Numbered from the stretch's first letter, positions 28,535 through 39,128 are shown. The stretch: 64,000 bases of DNA from a bacterium (GCA_041690355.1 JAWLHK010000024.1:1-64000); one strand, 5' to 3'. The notes: generated by a model from the letters alone, not told the origin. Numbers and translations are program-made.

Positions 28535-30283
28535 TTACTCCACCGTATCTTCCTGGGTGACGCGAAGAACTTCTTCGATCGTCGTCATCCCGGCAATGAC
28601 CTTGTCTGCGCCGTCGTCGCGCAGCGAGCGCATGCCGTCGGCGGCGGCCTGCCGCTTGATCGTGTTCGAATCGACGTTCTTCAGCACGAGCTGGCGAATC
28701 TTGTCGGTCATGATCATCATTTCGTAGATGCCGCTGCGGCCCTTGTATCCCGAGCTGAGGCACTGGTCGCAGCCCTTCCCGCGATAGACGACGTTGTCTT
28801 TCAGCTGCTCGGGCTTGAGGCCGACCTCGGCCAGCTCCTCGCGCGTCGGCGTGTAGGCTTCCTTGCAGTTCGCGCAGATCGTGCGCACGAGGCGCTGGGC
28901 CATGACGGCGACGAGCGAACTCGAGACCAGAAACGGCTCGACGCCCATGTCGGTCAGACGGGTGATGGCGCCGGCGCTGTCGTTGGTGTGCAGCGTAGAG
29001 AACACGAGGTGACCGGTGAGCGACGCCTGAATGGCGATCTCGGCCGTCTCCAGGTCGCGCATTTCGCCGATGAGCACGACGTCGGGATCCTGACGCAGGA
29101 TGGAACGGAGCGCCGAGGCGAAGGTCAGCTCGATCTTCGGGTTGACCTGAATCTGGCTGATCCCGCGCAGCTGATATTCCACCGGATCTTCGACGGTGAT
29201 GATGTTGATGTCTTCGCTGTTGATCGTGGCGAGACAGCCGTAGAGCGTCGTCGTCTTGCCCGAACCGGTCGGGCCCGTGACCAGAAAGATGCCGTGGGGC
29301 AGATTGATGATCTTGCGGATGCGCGACAGGTTGTCCTGCGAAATCCCGATGCGGTCGAGCTCCATGAGCACGGCCGAACGATCGAGCAGACGCATGACGA
29401 CGCGTTCGCCGAAGCTGGTCGGCAGTGTCGAAACGCGGATGTCGATGTCCTTGCCGGCGATCTTCGTACGGATACGGCCGTCCTGCGGCAGGCGCTTCTC
29501 GGCGATGTTCAGCCCGGACATGATCTTCACGCGGCTGATGATCGAGCTCTGAAACCGCTTGGGCGGCCGCAGCACGTTGCGCAGAATGCCGTCGACGCGA
29601 AAGCGGACGGCGATATCCTTTTCGCCCGGCTCGATGTGAATGTCGCTGGCCCGGTCCTTGACGGCCTGAAAAATCAGCGAGTTGATGAGCTTGATGATCG
29701 GGGCTTCGTCGGTGGCGTCGAGCAGATCTTCGACGTCTTCGGCTTCGAGATCGTGGGCGACGCTGTCGAGCCCCTCTTCTTCGAGCCCGCCGACCAGGTC
29801 AGCCGTATCCTTGCGCTCGTAGACGGCGTTGATGATGGCGACGATCTTCTCCGAAGCCGCGACGCCGACGCGCACCGGGCGCCCCAGCAGGGCGGCGACG
29901 TCGTCGACGGCGGTGAGATCGAAGGGATCGCTGACGAGCACTTCGACTTCGTCGTCGACTTCGGCGATGGGGACGATTTCGTAGCGGCGCGCGAAGTTGA
30001 TGGGAATGTCGCGCACGAGCTCGGGAACGGCGATCTTCTCGTTCACGTCGCCGCGCCAGGGGATGTCGGCCTGCAGGGCCAGGGCGCGCGACAGCTCGTC
30101 TCCCGTGACCGCCTTCATGCGCACCAGAACTTCGCCGAGACGTCCGCCTTTTTCCTGCTGCTGCTCGAGCGCCTCGTCGAGCTGCTGCTCGGTGAGTCGG
30201 GTCGTGGCGCGCAGAATCTCGCCGACACGCTTGGTCGCAAGCATGCTCGTATCGATGGACGACGCTACCTGTCCGGCTTCCAT
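28535..30283 (-). CDS. gspE: T2SS ATPase GspE
   Basis: ASDIHIEP, GPTGSGKTTT, LRQDPDV..IGEMRD, CxxC...CxxC; start at ATG 30283. Confidence 0.96.
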   Translation of the reverse strand: MEAGQVASSIDTSMLATKRVGEILRATTRLTEQQLDEALEQQQEKGGRLGEVLVRMKAVTGDELSRALALQADIPWRGDVNEKIAVPELVRDIPINFARRYEIVPIAEVDDEVEVLVSDPFDLTAVDDVAALLGRPVRVGVAASEKIVAIINAVYERKDTADLVGGLEEEGLDSVAHDLEAEDVEDLLDATDEAPIIKLINSLIFQAVKDRASDIHIEPGEKDIAVRFRVDGILRNVLRPPKRFQSSIISRVKIMSGLNIAEKRLPQDGRIRTKIAGKDIDIRVSTLPTSFGERVVMRLLDRSAVLMELDRIGISQDNLSRIRKIINLPHGIFLVTGPTGSGKTTTLYGCLATINSEDINIITVEDPVEYQLRGISQIQVNPKIELTFASALRSILRQDPDVVLIGEMRDLETAEIAIQASLTGHLVFSTLHTNDSAGAITRLTDMGVEPFLVSSSLVAVMAQRLVRTICANCKEAYTPTREELAEVGLKPEQLKDNVVYRGKGCDQCLSSGYKGRSGIYEMMIMTDKIRQLVLKNVDSNTIKRQAAADGMRSLRDDGADKVIAGMTTIEEVLRVTQEDTVE

Positions 30284-30391
30284 TCCCTGTCCTTCCTCTT
30301 CATCCCGCCGGCAGCAAGGCCGGTCATTCCCATTCTTCGCCAAATCGCCCTGCCTGAGCAGGGGAGTTCGGGCGCGCTTGATCTCTACATC

Positions 30392-32776
30392 TTAACGAGC
30401 CGGAGCTCCGTTCGCAGGCTCCGGCGCGGTCCCCGGCGTCGGGGCCGTGGCGGGCGGCGCCGACTCGGGGAGAAAGGCGTCGCCGGTTTCGGGCGCCGCC
30501 GGCTCGTTATCAGCCTCGTCGACTACGGCAGGCTGCGGCCCCCCGTCTGCAGGCGTGGCAGGCGCGGGCGTTTCGCGCGCCGGCGGGGCCGTCTCGACCG
30601 GGCCGGGGCGCGCCGCGGGGGCGATGGCGGCCGGGCCCTGACGATCCGCCCCGCCAGCTGCCGACGGCGCCGTGTCCTGCACGGCCGCCGGGCGGGCCGA
30701 CCGTTCGCGCGGCTCGCTTTCGAACAGCACCTCGTCCTGGATCCCATCGTCGCCGACGATGGGCCCGTACGTGCGCCGGAAGGTGTACTCGTCGTTCAGG
30801 GGGGCCACGTAAGCGTCTTCGCGGAAGCGGTGGAAGAATTCTTCGCGCTTGTCGGAGTACCGCTGCATTTCTTCGCGCGTCGTCACGACATAGGGGGTCA
30901 GAAAAATCAGCAGATTCGTCTTGCGGCTCGTGTTGTTCGAGGCGCGAAAGAACCAGCCGAGCACCGGAATGTCGCCCAGCACCGGTATCTTGCCCTCGCT
31001 GCGGCTCAGCTCGTCGGACATCAGGCCGCCGATGACGACCGTCTGCCGATCCTTGACCACGACCGTCGTCTTCGCGCTGCGCTTGCGGGTGATGAGCCCC
31101 TGCTGGTTGACGTTGAGGCCGGCGGGCGCCGAGGCCTGAACGCTCGAAATCTCCTGCTCGAGCTTCAGCTTGACCTTGCCGCCGGCATTGATCTGCGGCG
31201 TGATCTTGAGCGTGATGCCCACATCCTGACGCTCGATCGACGTGAGCACGTTGCCGCCGGTCGTGGCCGTCTGCCCCGTAATGAACGGAACGTTCTGGCC
31301 GACGACGATTTCGGCGTCTTCGTTGTCGCTCGTCAGGATGTTCGGGGTCGACAGGATGTTGACGGTGTCGTCGGTCTGCAGGGCGCGCAGCAGGGCGCCG
31401 AGGCCGAAAATCTGCACGCCGTTGAAGTCGATGGGCTTGGCCAGCGCGCCGAGAAACAGTCCCGAAAACGAGGGGACGCCCGTGGTGCCCACCGACAGCG
31501 TGTTCAGGCCGCCGAGGGCCTGGCCGCCGAAGGCGACGCCGTCGCCGCCGTTGATCTCGGTGCCCGAGTGCCAGGCCAGGCCGAGCTCGCGCACCTTGTC
31601 GACGCTCACTTCCATGATCACGGCCTCGACGTAGACCTGGCTGCGCGGAATGTCGAGTTTGCGGATAATCTCGCGCAGCCGGTTGTAGTCGCCGGGAGAA
31701 CTGATGATGATGAGCGAATTCGTGCGCTTGTCGGGGGTGATCTTGATTCCCCCCTCGAACTCGGCGACCGCCGGTGCGGCCGCAGCCCCCTGCTGTCCGG
31801 GCTGTCCGGCGGGCGGGCGCCGGGCGGCGGCCCCTCCGGCCCCCTGCTGGGCAAAACCGGCCAGGGTCGACGACAGTTCCTCGGCGTTGGCGTAGGAAAG
31901 GTAGTAGACGTGAATCGTGCCGCCCGCCGTCTCGGGCTTCACGTCGAGCTTGGCGAGCAGCGCCTTGACGTCGGCCAGCTCCGACGACGAGGCGATGACG
32001 ATGACCGAATTGAGCGCGTCGATGGGAATGACCCGCACCTGCGAACCCGAGGCGACGGCCGCGCCCCCTGTCGCCCTGCGCCGGGCCACGCGCGGGCTCG
32101 CCTGCCCCGGCGCCGTCGCGCCCGCCTGGGCGGCAAAGACGTCCTGCACGATGCGCGCGGCTTCCTGCGCCGAGATATTCTCGAGTTTGAGCATCTCCAT
32201 GGCCTGCTCGCTTCCCTCGACATCAATCGATTCGAGCAGCTCGAGCATGCGGTTGATCTGCAGGGCCGTGTCGCCGATGATCAGCAGGTTCGTCGGCGGG
32301 TAGGCCACGACCGTGCCGTACGAACTCGAAAACTGCTTGAGCAGATTGGAGACTTCGTTCGCGTCGACGTAGCTGAGCTGCACGATGCGGGTGACGAACT
32401 GTTCGCGCGCCGCCAGGGCACCCTTTCCCGAAGAAATGTCGGTCGGGTTCTTGATCGCGTTCTGCAGGGGTACGACCTTGTAAATCGGGCCGGTCTGCAC
32501 GATGGTAAGGTTGCGGAACTCGAGGGCGGCGAGAAAGACGCGGTAGGCCTCTTCGATCGACAGCGGCGTGGGGCTGATGATCGTCACCTTGCCCCGCACC
32601 CGCTCGTCGATCATGAAGTTGCGGCCCGTCAGCTTCGAAATCGTCTTGACCAGCTCTTCGATATCGACGTCCTTGAAATCCATGGTCACGCGCGTAGTAC
32701 GCTGCGCGGCCGCGGGACGTGCGTGTCCGAGCGGGACGAACAAAGCGACAAGCAGAAGGGGGAGCCAGACCCTCAT
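30392..32776 (-). CDS. gspD: T2SS secretin GspD
   Basis: DFKDVDI, N-domain repeats, LDIPRSQVYVEAVIME, P.LGDIP.LGWFFR; Pro/Ala-rich tail. Confidence 0.96.
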   Translation of the reverse strand: MRVWLPLLLVALFVPLGHARPAAAQRTTRVTMDFKDVDIEELVKTISKLTGRNFMIDERVRGKVTIISPTPLSIEEAYRVFLAALEFRNLTIVQTGPIYKVVPLQNAIKNPTDISSGKGALAAREQFVTRIVQLSYVDANEVSNLLKQFSSSYGTVVAYPPTNLLIIGDTALQINRMLELLESIDVEGSEQAMEMLKLENISAQEAARIVQDVFAAQAGATAPGQASPRVARRRATGGAAVASGSQVRVIPIDALNSVIVIASSSELADVKALLAKLDVKPETAGGTIHVYYLSYANAEELSSTLAGFAQQGAGGAAARRPPAGQPGQQGAAAAPAVAEFEGGIKITPDKRTNSLIIISSPGDYNRLREIIRKLDIPRSQVYVEAVIMEVSVDKVRELGLAWHSGTEINGGDGVAFGGQALGGLNTLSVGTTGVPSFSGLFLGALAKPIDFNGVQIFGLGALLRALQTDDTVNILSTPNILTSDNEDAEIVVGQNVPFITGQTATTGGNVLTSIERQDVGITLKITPQINAGGKVKLKLEQEISSVQASAPAGLNVNQQGLITRKRSAKTTVVVKDRQTVVIGGLMSDELSRSEGKIPVLGDIPVLGWFFRASNNTSRKTNLLIFLTPYVVTTREEMQRYSDKREEFFHRFREDAYVAPLNDEYTFRRTYGPIVGDDGIQDEVLFESEPRERSARPAAVQDTAPSAAGGADRQGPAAIAPAARPGPVETAPPARETPAPATPADGGPQPAVVDEADNEPAAPETGDAFLPESAPPATAPTPGTAPEPANGAPAR

Positions 32777-32801
32777 CAGAATCTCCAGTGCGGCGCCGAA
32801 G

Positions 32802-33734
32802 CTACCGCAGGTTGTAGTTAAACGTCATCGGCTGATCATTACGCGAGATGTTGATCGTGAAGTTCTTCTCCGTCTTCAGACTCTGAAACAACTGCAGAGC
32901 CTTTTCAGGAGAATCGATCGCCACGCCGTTGATGCTCTGGATGACGTCGCCGTTCTGCATCCCGATAGACATGTAAACGCTGTCGGGCTTGATGGCGAAA
33001 ATCTTGTAGCCGTCGATCTGGCCGTTCTTGAAGTTCGGCACGACCCGGGCCTGCGTGAGCAGCGGCCCCAGGTTCGACATCGACTTCTCGAACTCTTCTT
33101 TGGGAATTTCAAACTGCCCCGGCGCGACTTCCTGCACCGGAAAACCGGCGCCCGCGTCGCCCGTCGGCTGCAGCGTGACCGGTTCGGGCTCGGCCGGTCC
33201 CCGCGCGGGGCGCGAGGGCCGATTGGGAATCTCGCGCTCGTCGTAGAGGGTCAGAATCTCTTTGCGTCCGTTGTTGAGGATCGTTACCGAACCCCGGTTG
33301 ATCTCGAGCACCTCGGCCTGACCGCCGATCAGCTCGCCGATCTTGACGACCTCGGTCTTGCCCGAAACCTGCACGACGCAGTAGCTGAGGCGCGGCGGGC
33401 CGGCAATCGTCCCCAGCAGCGTCGCCTGAATCGTCGCCTTAACGGGCTCGCCGTCGGGAATGCCCGACTCGGGCGGCGGAGCGACGTCTTCAACCTTTGC
33501 GTTGAGCAGATTACGGTCGAGAATCACGCTGTAATCCGCCAGGGTCGCCGGCCGGGCCTTCTCGGCCGGCTGGGCCGCAACCGCCGGCTTTGCCTCGGGC
33601 ATCGGCACGAAGCGGTCGATGGCCTCGCGCACGAGAAACCCCGCCAGCACGTACGCGATGGCGATGATCAACGCGCCGTTGGCCGCCCAGTAGAACCGGC
33701 GATACTGTTCGAGAACCCGATCGAAATCCACCAT
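32802..33734 (-). CDS. gspC: T2SS protein GspC with PDZ domain
   Basis: N-terminal TM, RNLLN, L.GTI HR domain, GYKIFAIKP.S....GMQNGDVI.SING. Confidence 0.92.
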   Translation of the reverse strand: MVDFDRVLEQYRRFYWAANGALIIAIAYVLAGFLVREAIDRFVPMPEAKPAVAAQPAEKARPATLADYSVILDRNLLNAKVEDVAPPPESGIPDGEPVKATIQATLLGTIAGPPRLSYCVVQVSGKTEVVKIGELIGGQAEVLEINRGSVTILNNGRKEILTLYDEREIPNRPSRPARGPAEPEPVTLQPTGDAGAGFPVQEVAPGQFEIPKEEFEKSMSNLGPLLTQARVVPNFKNGQIDGYKIFAIKPDSVYMSIGMQNGDVIQSINGVAIDSPEKALQLFQSLKTEKNFTINISRNDQPMTFNYNLR

Positions 33735-33813
33735 AACCGTTACTCATCCCCCCCGCAGCGATGACAGACGACCCCCTTGAGGCCGTGCATCCGCGCACGC
33801 CATAAAGCCAGTC

Positions 33814-33843
33814 ATTCTAACACCCTGCCCTTCCCTGCATCAA
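33814..33843 (-). promoter_or_regulatory. Putative sigma70 promoter (extended -10) of gsp operon
   Basis: TTGATG-N18-TAGAAT with TG upstream of -10. Confidence 0.55.
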
Positions 33844-33922
33844 GAAATACGCTCGTTGTTCCCGACAGTTACCCCTCCTGTATGCCTCCGGGGGGTCGAG
33901 GCTCGGTACCCGGGCGCCACCG

Positions 33923-34681
33923 TCAATCGTACAGATTTACCATGACCAGCATGCGCCGCGAACCCCGGCGGATGCCGAGCGAGACCACCTCGTCTTCGCG
34001 AAACCGGGCCTCGAGATGTTCGTACTCGTGCCCGGCCCCGAAGGGGAGGCCGTTGACGATCTCCACGATGTCGCCGGGGGCCACCCCGAAGACGTCGGCG
34101 GCCTCGTATGGCACGGGGTGGGCGACCCGCAGGGCCGCAAAATTCCCCCGCAGCGGCACCGACTGCCAGTCGACGCGCGGCAGGATTTCGAGGGCCAGTT
34201 TACGGGCGAGGTCGATGCGCGGGGCGCTCGAAGGGCGGGTAGACACCGGAGGCTCGGCGCCGGCCGATGGCAGGGTCATGACGCCGGTGCCGGCCGGAGA
34301 CGACAACGTGAGACGACCGGGTCCGATGGTGACGACGCGGATGCCCCCCTCAAGCAGGTCGCCGGCGCGCACCGGAAACCGGTGGCCGGCCTGTTCGAGA
34401 ATGGCGGTGCGGTCGCCGGCCGGTTGCAGGTGGGTTGCCCTCAGCCGGGGGCCGTCGTCAGACCATTCGGGGGGATAGGCGGCGCTCGCCCGGTTTACCC
34501 AGTCTGCCGAAGCCTTGCGGCTCTCGCGGCCGCGGCCGTCCAAGGGCAGATCGTTCCACACCCGCCGGTCGAGCACGAAGTCGAGCACGGCGTAGGCAAA
34601 GAGCAGCGAAAGCGCGAGGTGCAGGGTAAACCCGTACTGGTCGTAAAGGGTGCGCAGGCGATGGACCAAGCGTTGCTGCAT
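33923..34681 (-). CDS. Divergent GspC-like protein (TM + HR-like + PDZ)
   Basis: Single N-terminal TM; AILE....F.V.AGD.L..G.RVV.I...RLTL; GVAPGDIVEIVNG...LGIRRG PDZ-like. Confidence 0.7.
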   Translation of the reverse strand: MQQRLVHRLRTLYDQYGFTLHLALSLLFAYAVLDFVLDRRVWNDLPLDGRGRESRKASADWVNRASAAYPPEWSDDGPRLRATHLQPAGDRTAILEQAGHRFPVRAGDLLEGGIRVVTIGPGRLTLSSPAGTGVMTLPSAGAEPPVSTRPSSAPRIDLARKLALEILPRVDWQSVPLRGNFAALRVAHPVPYEAADVFGVAPGDIVEIVNGLPFGAGHEYEHLEARFREDEVVSLGIRRGSRRMLVMVNLYD

Positions 34682-34773
34682 GAAGAAAAAACCCACAAGG
34701 CCGGGCGGGGTGTCGTGTTTTGCGACAAAAACCGGCGTATATCCCGCGCGTCGTTCCGTTTCCCTTGTCCGGT

Positions 34774-34789
34774 AGCAGATGCCGTGCCA
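34774..34789 (-). promoter_or_regulatory. Putative sigma54 promoter
   Basis: TGGCACGGCATCTGCT, GG-N10-GC, about 90 bp upstream of the GspC-like gene. Confidence 0.6.
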
Positions 34790-34946
34790 GCGGGTGATCG
34801 GACGTCGTCCCGGCGGTCGCTGCCCGCAAAACGCAGCGCGCGCGGTAAGTCTGCGCACGGGTCCGGGGGCGGGGGCACAGCCCGCCGGGGCCCGGCAGAA
34901 GGCCGGAGATTCCCGCACGCCCCCTGAGATACGGTACCATGATTCC

Positions 34947-35543
34947 ATGGAGCATCTGGACAGCGCACTGACTCTTTTCGCCAGCCTGATTCTCGGGGCG
35001 TTCGGTTTTCCGTTCCCCGAAGAAGTCATACTGCCGGCGGGGGGTATCTCTGCCTATCCGTCGACGACGCGCCTCGGGATCGTGGCCGGAGCCGGTTACC
35101 TGGGCATCGTCGTCGCCGACAACCTCCTGTTTGCGGTCGGCCGCCTGCTCGGCGCGCGCCTGCTCGAGCGGCCGCGATTTGCCCGGCTGTTTCCGTCCCA
35201 CCGGCGCGAGAAGGTCGAGGGGTGGCTGTCGAAGCGAGGCGACTACGCGATCGCCATGCTGCGCTTCACGCCGGGGTTCCGCGCTCCCGGCTATTTCTCG
35301 GCGGGCACGCTCGGCTACTCCTGGCGCCGGTTCCTGCTCATCGATTCCCTGCTCGCCATGGTCTCGGTGACGCTGCTGGTCGGTCTGGGCTACCACCTGG
35401 GCGAAGACTGGCCGGCCATCGTCGCCGCCGCGAAGGCGCAGCTGGGTCCGATTCTCGGGGGCGCGGCGCTGCTGGCGGCCGGCTATGCGGCATGGCGCTG
35501 GCACCGGGCGAGGCTCAAGCGCCAGGCCCCCAGCGTCGGCTGA
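34947..35543 (+). CDS. DedA family membrane protein
   Basis: GFPFPEEVIL, AD..LFAVGR, RFTPGFR, F...D. Confidence 0.9.
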   Translation: MEHLDSALTLFASLILGAFGFPFPEEVILPAGGISAYPSTTRLGIVAGAGYLGIVVADNLLFAVGRLLGARLLERPRFARLFPSHRREKVEGWLSKRGDYAIAMLRFTPGFRAPGYFSAGTLGYSWRRFLLIDSLLAMVSVTLLVGLGYHLGEDWPAIVAAAKAQLGPILGGAALLAAGYAAWRWHRARLKRQAPSVG

Positions 35544-35631
35544 GCCGACTCAGGCCCGGCACTTCGGGACACGGCGCGCGTGCCGACATGCGACTACCGC
35601 CGGCAGAGGCCCCTGCGGTATGCTGTGCGGC

Positions 35632-37635
35632 ATGGGTAACCGCCGCCTCTCCCTGCCAATTCTCTCCCTGTCCCTCCTGCTCGGCACCGCCTGCGCCGAG
35701 CCCGAACCGGTTGACGCGCCGTCGCGTGCCGGCGTGCACTTTTCGCCGGCGGAGTATGATGCCGGTGATTTCTTCGCGATCCCCTTTCCCTCGTCGCTGC
35801 GGGTACGCGACGGCGTCGTCGACCTGAGTGCCCTGCCCGCACGCCGGACGAACTACCTTCTGCGGAACTTTCTGCCCCTCTTCGAGGATCGGCTGCGCGC
35901 GTTCTCGCCCAACGGCGCCGTACTCTTCGTGCTCGAGGCCGAACCCGCGCCCGGCGCCCTCCCCTCGGCCACCGACAGCACACGGCCGGATTCTCCCGTA
36001 CAGCTCGTGAACGTCGAGCCGGGCTCGCCGCGCTTCGGCGAACGCATTCCTGTCGAATCGCGGTTCGCCCCGCTGGGAAATTCGTTTCAGCCCGACCGCA
36101 CCCTCACGCTGCTTCCCGTGCCCGGCTTCGTGCTCGCCCACGACGAGCGCTATGCAGCCCTGGTCCTGCGGAATCTCGGCCCCGACGTAAAGCCCGCCCC
36201 GGCGTTCGCCGATCTGCTCTCGAACCCGCGCCTGCATCCCGCTGCAGACTTTCAGACGCTGCTCGACGCCCTGCCCGCCCTGGAGATAGCGGCAGGCGAC
36301 CTGGCCGCCGCCACCGTGTACCGCACGGCCGACCCCACGCGCAACGTACGTCTCGCACAGCAGATCGTGCGCCGGCAGGCGCGCCCCGAAGCGACCGGTT
36401 TCGAACCGGACCCGTATCCCTACGCCCGCTGCCTGACGCAGGAGACGGCGAGTTTCACGCTGGTCCAGGGAAAGACGCGCGTGCCGATCTTTCTTCGGGG
36501 GAAGACGCCGTTCACGCAGCCCGGCGAGGGCGTATTCGCGTACGGCGACGACGGTTTCCCCGGCGTGCAGTCGTGGGAAGAGGTTCCCTTCACGCTCAGC
36601 ATCCCCGACGGGCCGGTCCCCGCGGGCGGATTTCCCCTCGTCCTCTACCAGCACGGCGCAGGGGGTTCGCGGCATTCCTTCGTGCGCGACGGCACGGCCT
36701 GCAGCCTCGCCCGCCGCGGCGTCGCCGGCCTGGGGATCGATTTCATCCTGCACAGCGACCGCAACCCGCCGCCGTACCACGACACGATGTTCCTGCTCGT
36801 CAACCCGAACAACGTGCCGGCCGCCCTCGACGTCGAGAACCAGGCGGCCGTCGATCTGTTCACGCTGGCACGCCTCGCGCCCGGGCTGCGGGTCCCCGCG
36901 GGTACCATCGGCAATGCAGAACCGATCGGTTTCGACACGGCGCGCGTCGGCTACATCGGCCACTCGCAGGGGGCCTTCGTGGGCGTACCTTTTCTCGCCT
37001 TCGCCGAAGACGTCTCGGCCGGCATCCTTTCGGGGAGCGGCGGGCACATGATCACCTTCATCACCGATCGTATCGCCGGGCAGTCCATCGACCTGCAGCT
37101 CTACCTCGGGCTCGAAGACGCCGACGCCATTGAAGACGGCGTGGCCGTCCTGCTCGGCATCCCCGGCGAGAAGCCCGATCGCTTTCACTTTCTCTTCACG
37201 CTTATCCAGATGATCGCCGATCCGGTCGATCCCGTGAACTACGCGCGCGCCGTCTGGCGCGAGAGCGCGCACCCGAAGCATGTCTACCAGAGCGCGGGTC
37301 TGCTCGATCCATTCGATCCGCCGGGGGTCAACGAGGCGCTCGCCGTCGCCCTCGGTGTCGACCTCGTCGCGCCGGTCGCCATCCCCTACCGAAATGCCGA
37401 ACTCGGGGGGGCGGCCGTGCTCGACGGCCCCGTGAAGGGGAACCGGCAGGCGGGCGGCCGCGCCATCACGGCCGTGAACACGCAGTTCCCCGCCGGCGAT
37501 CACTGGGTCTATCTCTCCGACGTCATCGCGCGGCGCCAGGGAACCGACTTCATGGCGTCTGCGGTCACGCAACCGGTCCCCACGTTCCCCGCCCGCTGCG
37601 CGTGGGCCGCCGGCGGAACGCTCGCCTGTCCGTAG
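35632..37635 (+). CDS. Lipoprotein with alpha/beta-hydrolase domain
   Basis: Lipobox GTAC; PFPS..R N-terminal domain; LYQHG, GHSQG nucleophile elbow, DPVNYA, C-terminal His. Confidence 0.82.
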   Translation: MGNRRLSLPILSLSLLLGTACAEPEPVDAPSRAGVHFSPAEYDAGDFFAIPFPSSLRVRDGVVDLSALPARRTNYLLRNFLPLFEDRLRAFSPNGAVLFVLEAEPAPGALPSATDSTRPDSPVQLVNVEPGSPRFGERIPVESRFAPLGNSFQPDRTLTLLPVPGFVLAHDERYAALVLRNLGPDVKPAPAFADLLSNPRLHPAADFQTLLDALPALEIAAGDLAAATVYRTADPTRNVRLAQQIVRRQARPEATGFEPDPYPYARCLTQETASFTLVQGKTRVPIFLRGKTPFTQPGEGVFAYGDDGFPGVQSWEEVPFTLSIPDGPVPAGGFPLVLYQHGAGGSRHSFVRDGTACSLARRGVAGLGIDFILHSDRNPPPYHDTMFLLVNPNNVPAALDVENQAAVDLFTLARLAPGLRVPAGTIGNAEPIGFDTARVGYIGHSQGAFVGVPFLAFAEDVSAGILSGSGGHMITFITDRIAGQSIDLQLYLGLEDADAIEDGVAVLLGIPGEKPDRFHFLFTLIQMIADPVDPVNYARAVWRESAHPKHVYQSAGLLDPFDPPGVNEALAVALGVDLVAPVAIPYRNAELGGAAVLDGPVKGNRQAGGRAITAVNTQFPAGDHWVYLSDVIARRQGTDFMASAVTQPVPTFPARCAWAAGGTLACP

Positions 37636-37702
37636 CGTACGCGGGCCGGGGCCCCTCCCGCACCGATTGCGACCGCAGCTACCGCATGCTAAGCTATGCG
37701 GC

Positions 37703-38521
37703 ATGGCAATAAGGAAGGCCATTGCAGATGCGTTCCTGAAAGGGCTTCGCCTCGTCACGCTTCCGCTCCTGACGCTGGTACTTCTCGGGGCAAGACCGCT
37801 CGATCGCGGGACCGAGGTCACGGTGTTCGGCGGCGGAGGTGTTTATGAGGAAAGCTACTCCAGCTGCGGCACTACCTATTCCTACCAGCGACAGCGCCAG
37901 GTCGGCGGGGTCTCTGTACGGCACCGCTTCGAAGAGGATCTCACCATAAGCGGCTACCTCGCGGGGTTCGAAAGCCGCGACCTGCAGGGGCGTGCCGTCG
38001 ATGAAGAGTCGGGCCAGATATCAGACCCTTCGCTCAGCAAGAGCTTCAGCGGGATCGGCGCCGTTCGTATCGGCACCGAGAAGGAAGGAATCGGGGCAGA
38101 CATCGGCGCAGGTCTCGGCTACTTCGACGAGACCACCCTCTTGCCTTTTCCCACCGCGAGCGTGCGACTCAAGCCGACGCCTGAATTCTACCTGCAGTTT
38201 TCGGCGCTCGACGCTGAGGATTGGTTGCGCAGAATCCCCGTATCCATCGGGCTGGGGTACCGCGGGCGGCATCTGCACACCGCCTACACCCTTCCGGTCG
38301 AGCACGGCGAGTTCGGGGGGATTGAAGTCGATCTGCGAACCGACCTGGGGCTCGCACTCGGCGGCACGCTGCGCCTGGCCGAATCGGGAGAGTTCGGGCC
38401 TCGTAACGCGGGCCTGTTTCGCATAGCGTACTTTCTGCATCCGGCTGGCGTACAGAAGCCCCACCCGCCGGCGATACGGCTGCCTGACCTTGACTCCTCC
38501 GACCGCGAAGAACTCTGGTGA
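37703..38521 (+). CDS. Hypothetical exported protein, possible beta-barrel
   Basis: Hydrophobic N-terminus, alternating Gly/aromatic strands; lower GC than neighbours. Confidence 0.6.
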   Translation: MAIRKAIADAFLKGLRLVTLPLLTLVLLGARPLDRGTEVTVFGGGGVYEESYSSCGTTYSYQRQRQVGGVSVRHRFEEDLTISGYLAGFESRDLQGRAVDEESGQISDPSLSKSFSGIGAVRIGTEKEGIGADIGAGLGYFDETTLLPFPTASVRLKPTPEFYLQFSALDAEDWLRRIPVSIGLGYRGRHLHTAYTLPVEHGEFGGIEVDLRTDLGLALGGTLRLAESGEFGPRNAGLFRIAYFLHPAGVQKPHPPAIRLPDLDSSDREELW

Positions 38522-38618
38522 GGCGAGCCAGTTCCGGTCCGTCACTGCTACACGGCAGGCGCGAACTGTACCGTTCCGCTCCGCCCCGGTCCGCGGATTC
38601 CGCCCGGAATTCTGCCGT

Positions 38619-38634
38619 TGGCACAGCCTTCGCT
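38619..38634 (+). promoter_or_regulatory. Putative sigma54 promoter of OsmC-family gene
   Basis: TGGCACAGCCTTCGCT, GG-N10-GC, 38 bp upstream of ATG; SD GAGGT. Confidence 0.55.
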
Positions 38635-38672
38635 ACCTTATCGGGGCGAACACGCAGCCAGCGAGGTATCGC

Positions 38673-39122
38673 ATGCACCCTTTTCCCCACCTGTACACCG
38701 TCGCCGCCCATTCGTCGCCCGAAGCGAACGTCACGCTCTCGAGCGGGCGGCTTGCCGATCTGACCACGGCATCGCCTGCCGAGTTCGGGGGCCCCGGCGA
38801 TCAGTGGTCGCCCGAGACGCTGCTGGTCGGCGCCGCCGGCGACTGCTTCAACCTGACCTTTCACGCCATTGCGAAGGCGTCGAAGTTCGACTGGATCTCG
38901 CTGCGCACCGAGGTGCAGGGGACCCTGGACCGCCCCGAGGGGAAAATCAGGTTCACGCGGCTCGTCATCCGCGCTCGCCTCGTCATCCCGCCCGGAGCCG
39001 ACGCCGAGAGGGCACGCAGGCTGATGCAGAAATCCGAAGACAACTGCCTCGTGACGCAGTCCCTGAACGCCGAGATCGATTTCCAGAGCGAGGTCGAGGT
39101 CGACGCCCCCCAGCCCGCCTGA
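38673..39122 (+). CDS. OsmC/Ohr family protein
   Basis: PAEFGGPG..WSPETLL..A..DCF and CLVTQSL (two conserved Cys). Confidence 0.92.
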   Translation: MHPFPHLYTVAAHSSPEANVTLSSGRLADLTTASPAEFGGPGDQWSPETLLVGAAGDCFNLTFHAIAKASKFDWISLRTEVQGTLDRPEGKIRFTRLVIRARLVIPPGADAERARRLMQKSEDNCLVTQSLNAEIDFQSEVEVDAPQPA

Positions 39123-39128
39123 ACGGCG

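Noticed and set aside
27500-32821. 1773-aa plus-strand ORF (also 21315-24668, 47843-51358, 13150-15393, 35515-37821)
   Set aside because: Antisense shadows of well-supported genes; expected from high-GC codon bias; no recognisable motifs
34682-34720. Hairpin plus T-tract just before the GspC-like start as an attenuator
   Set aside because: Stem is short and imperfect; no antiterminator or leader peptide evident
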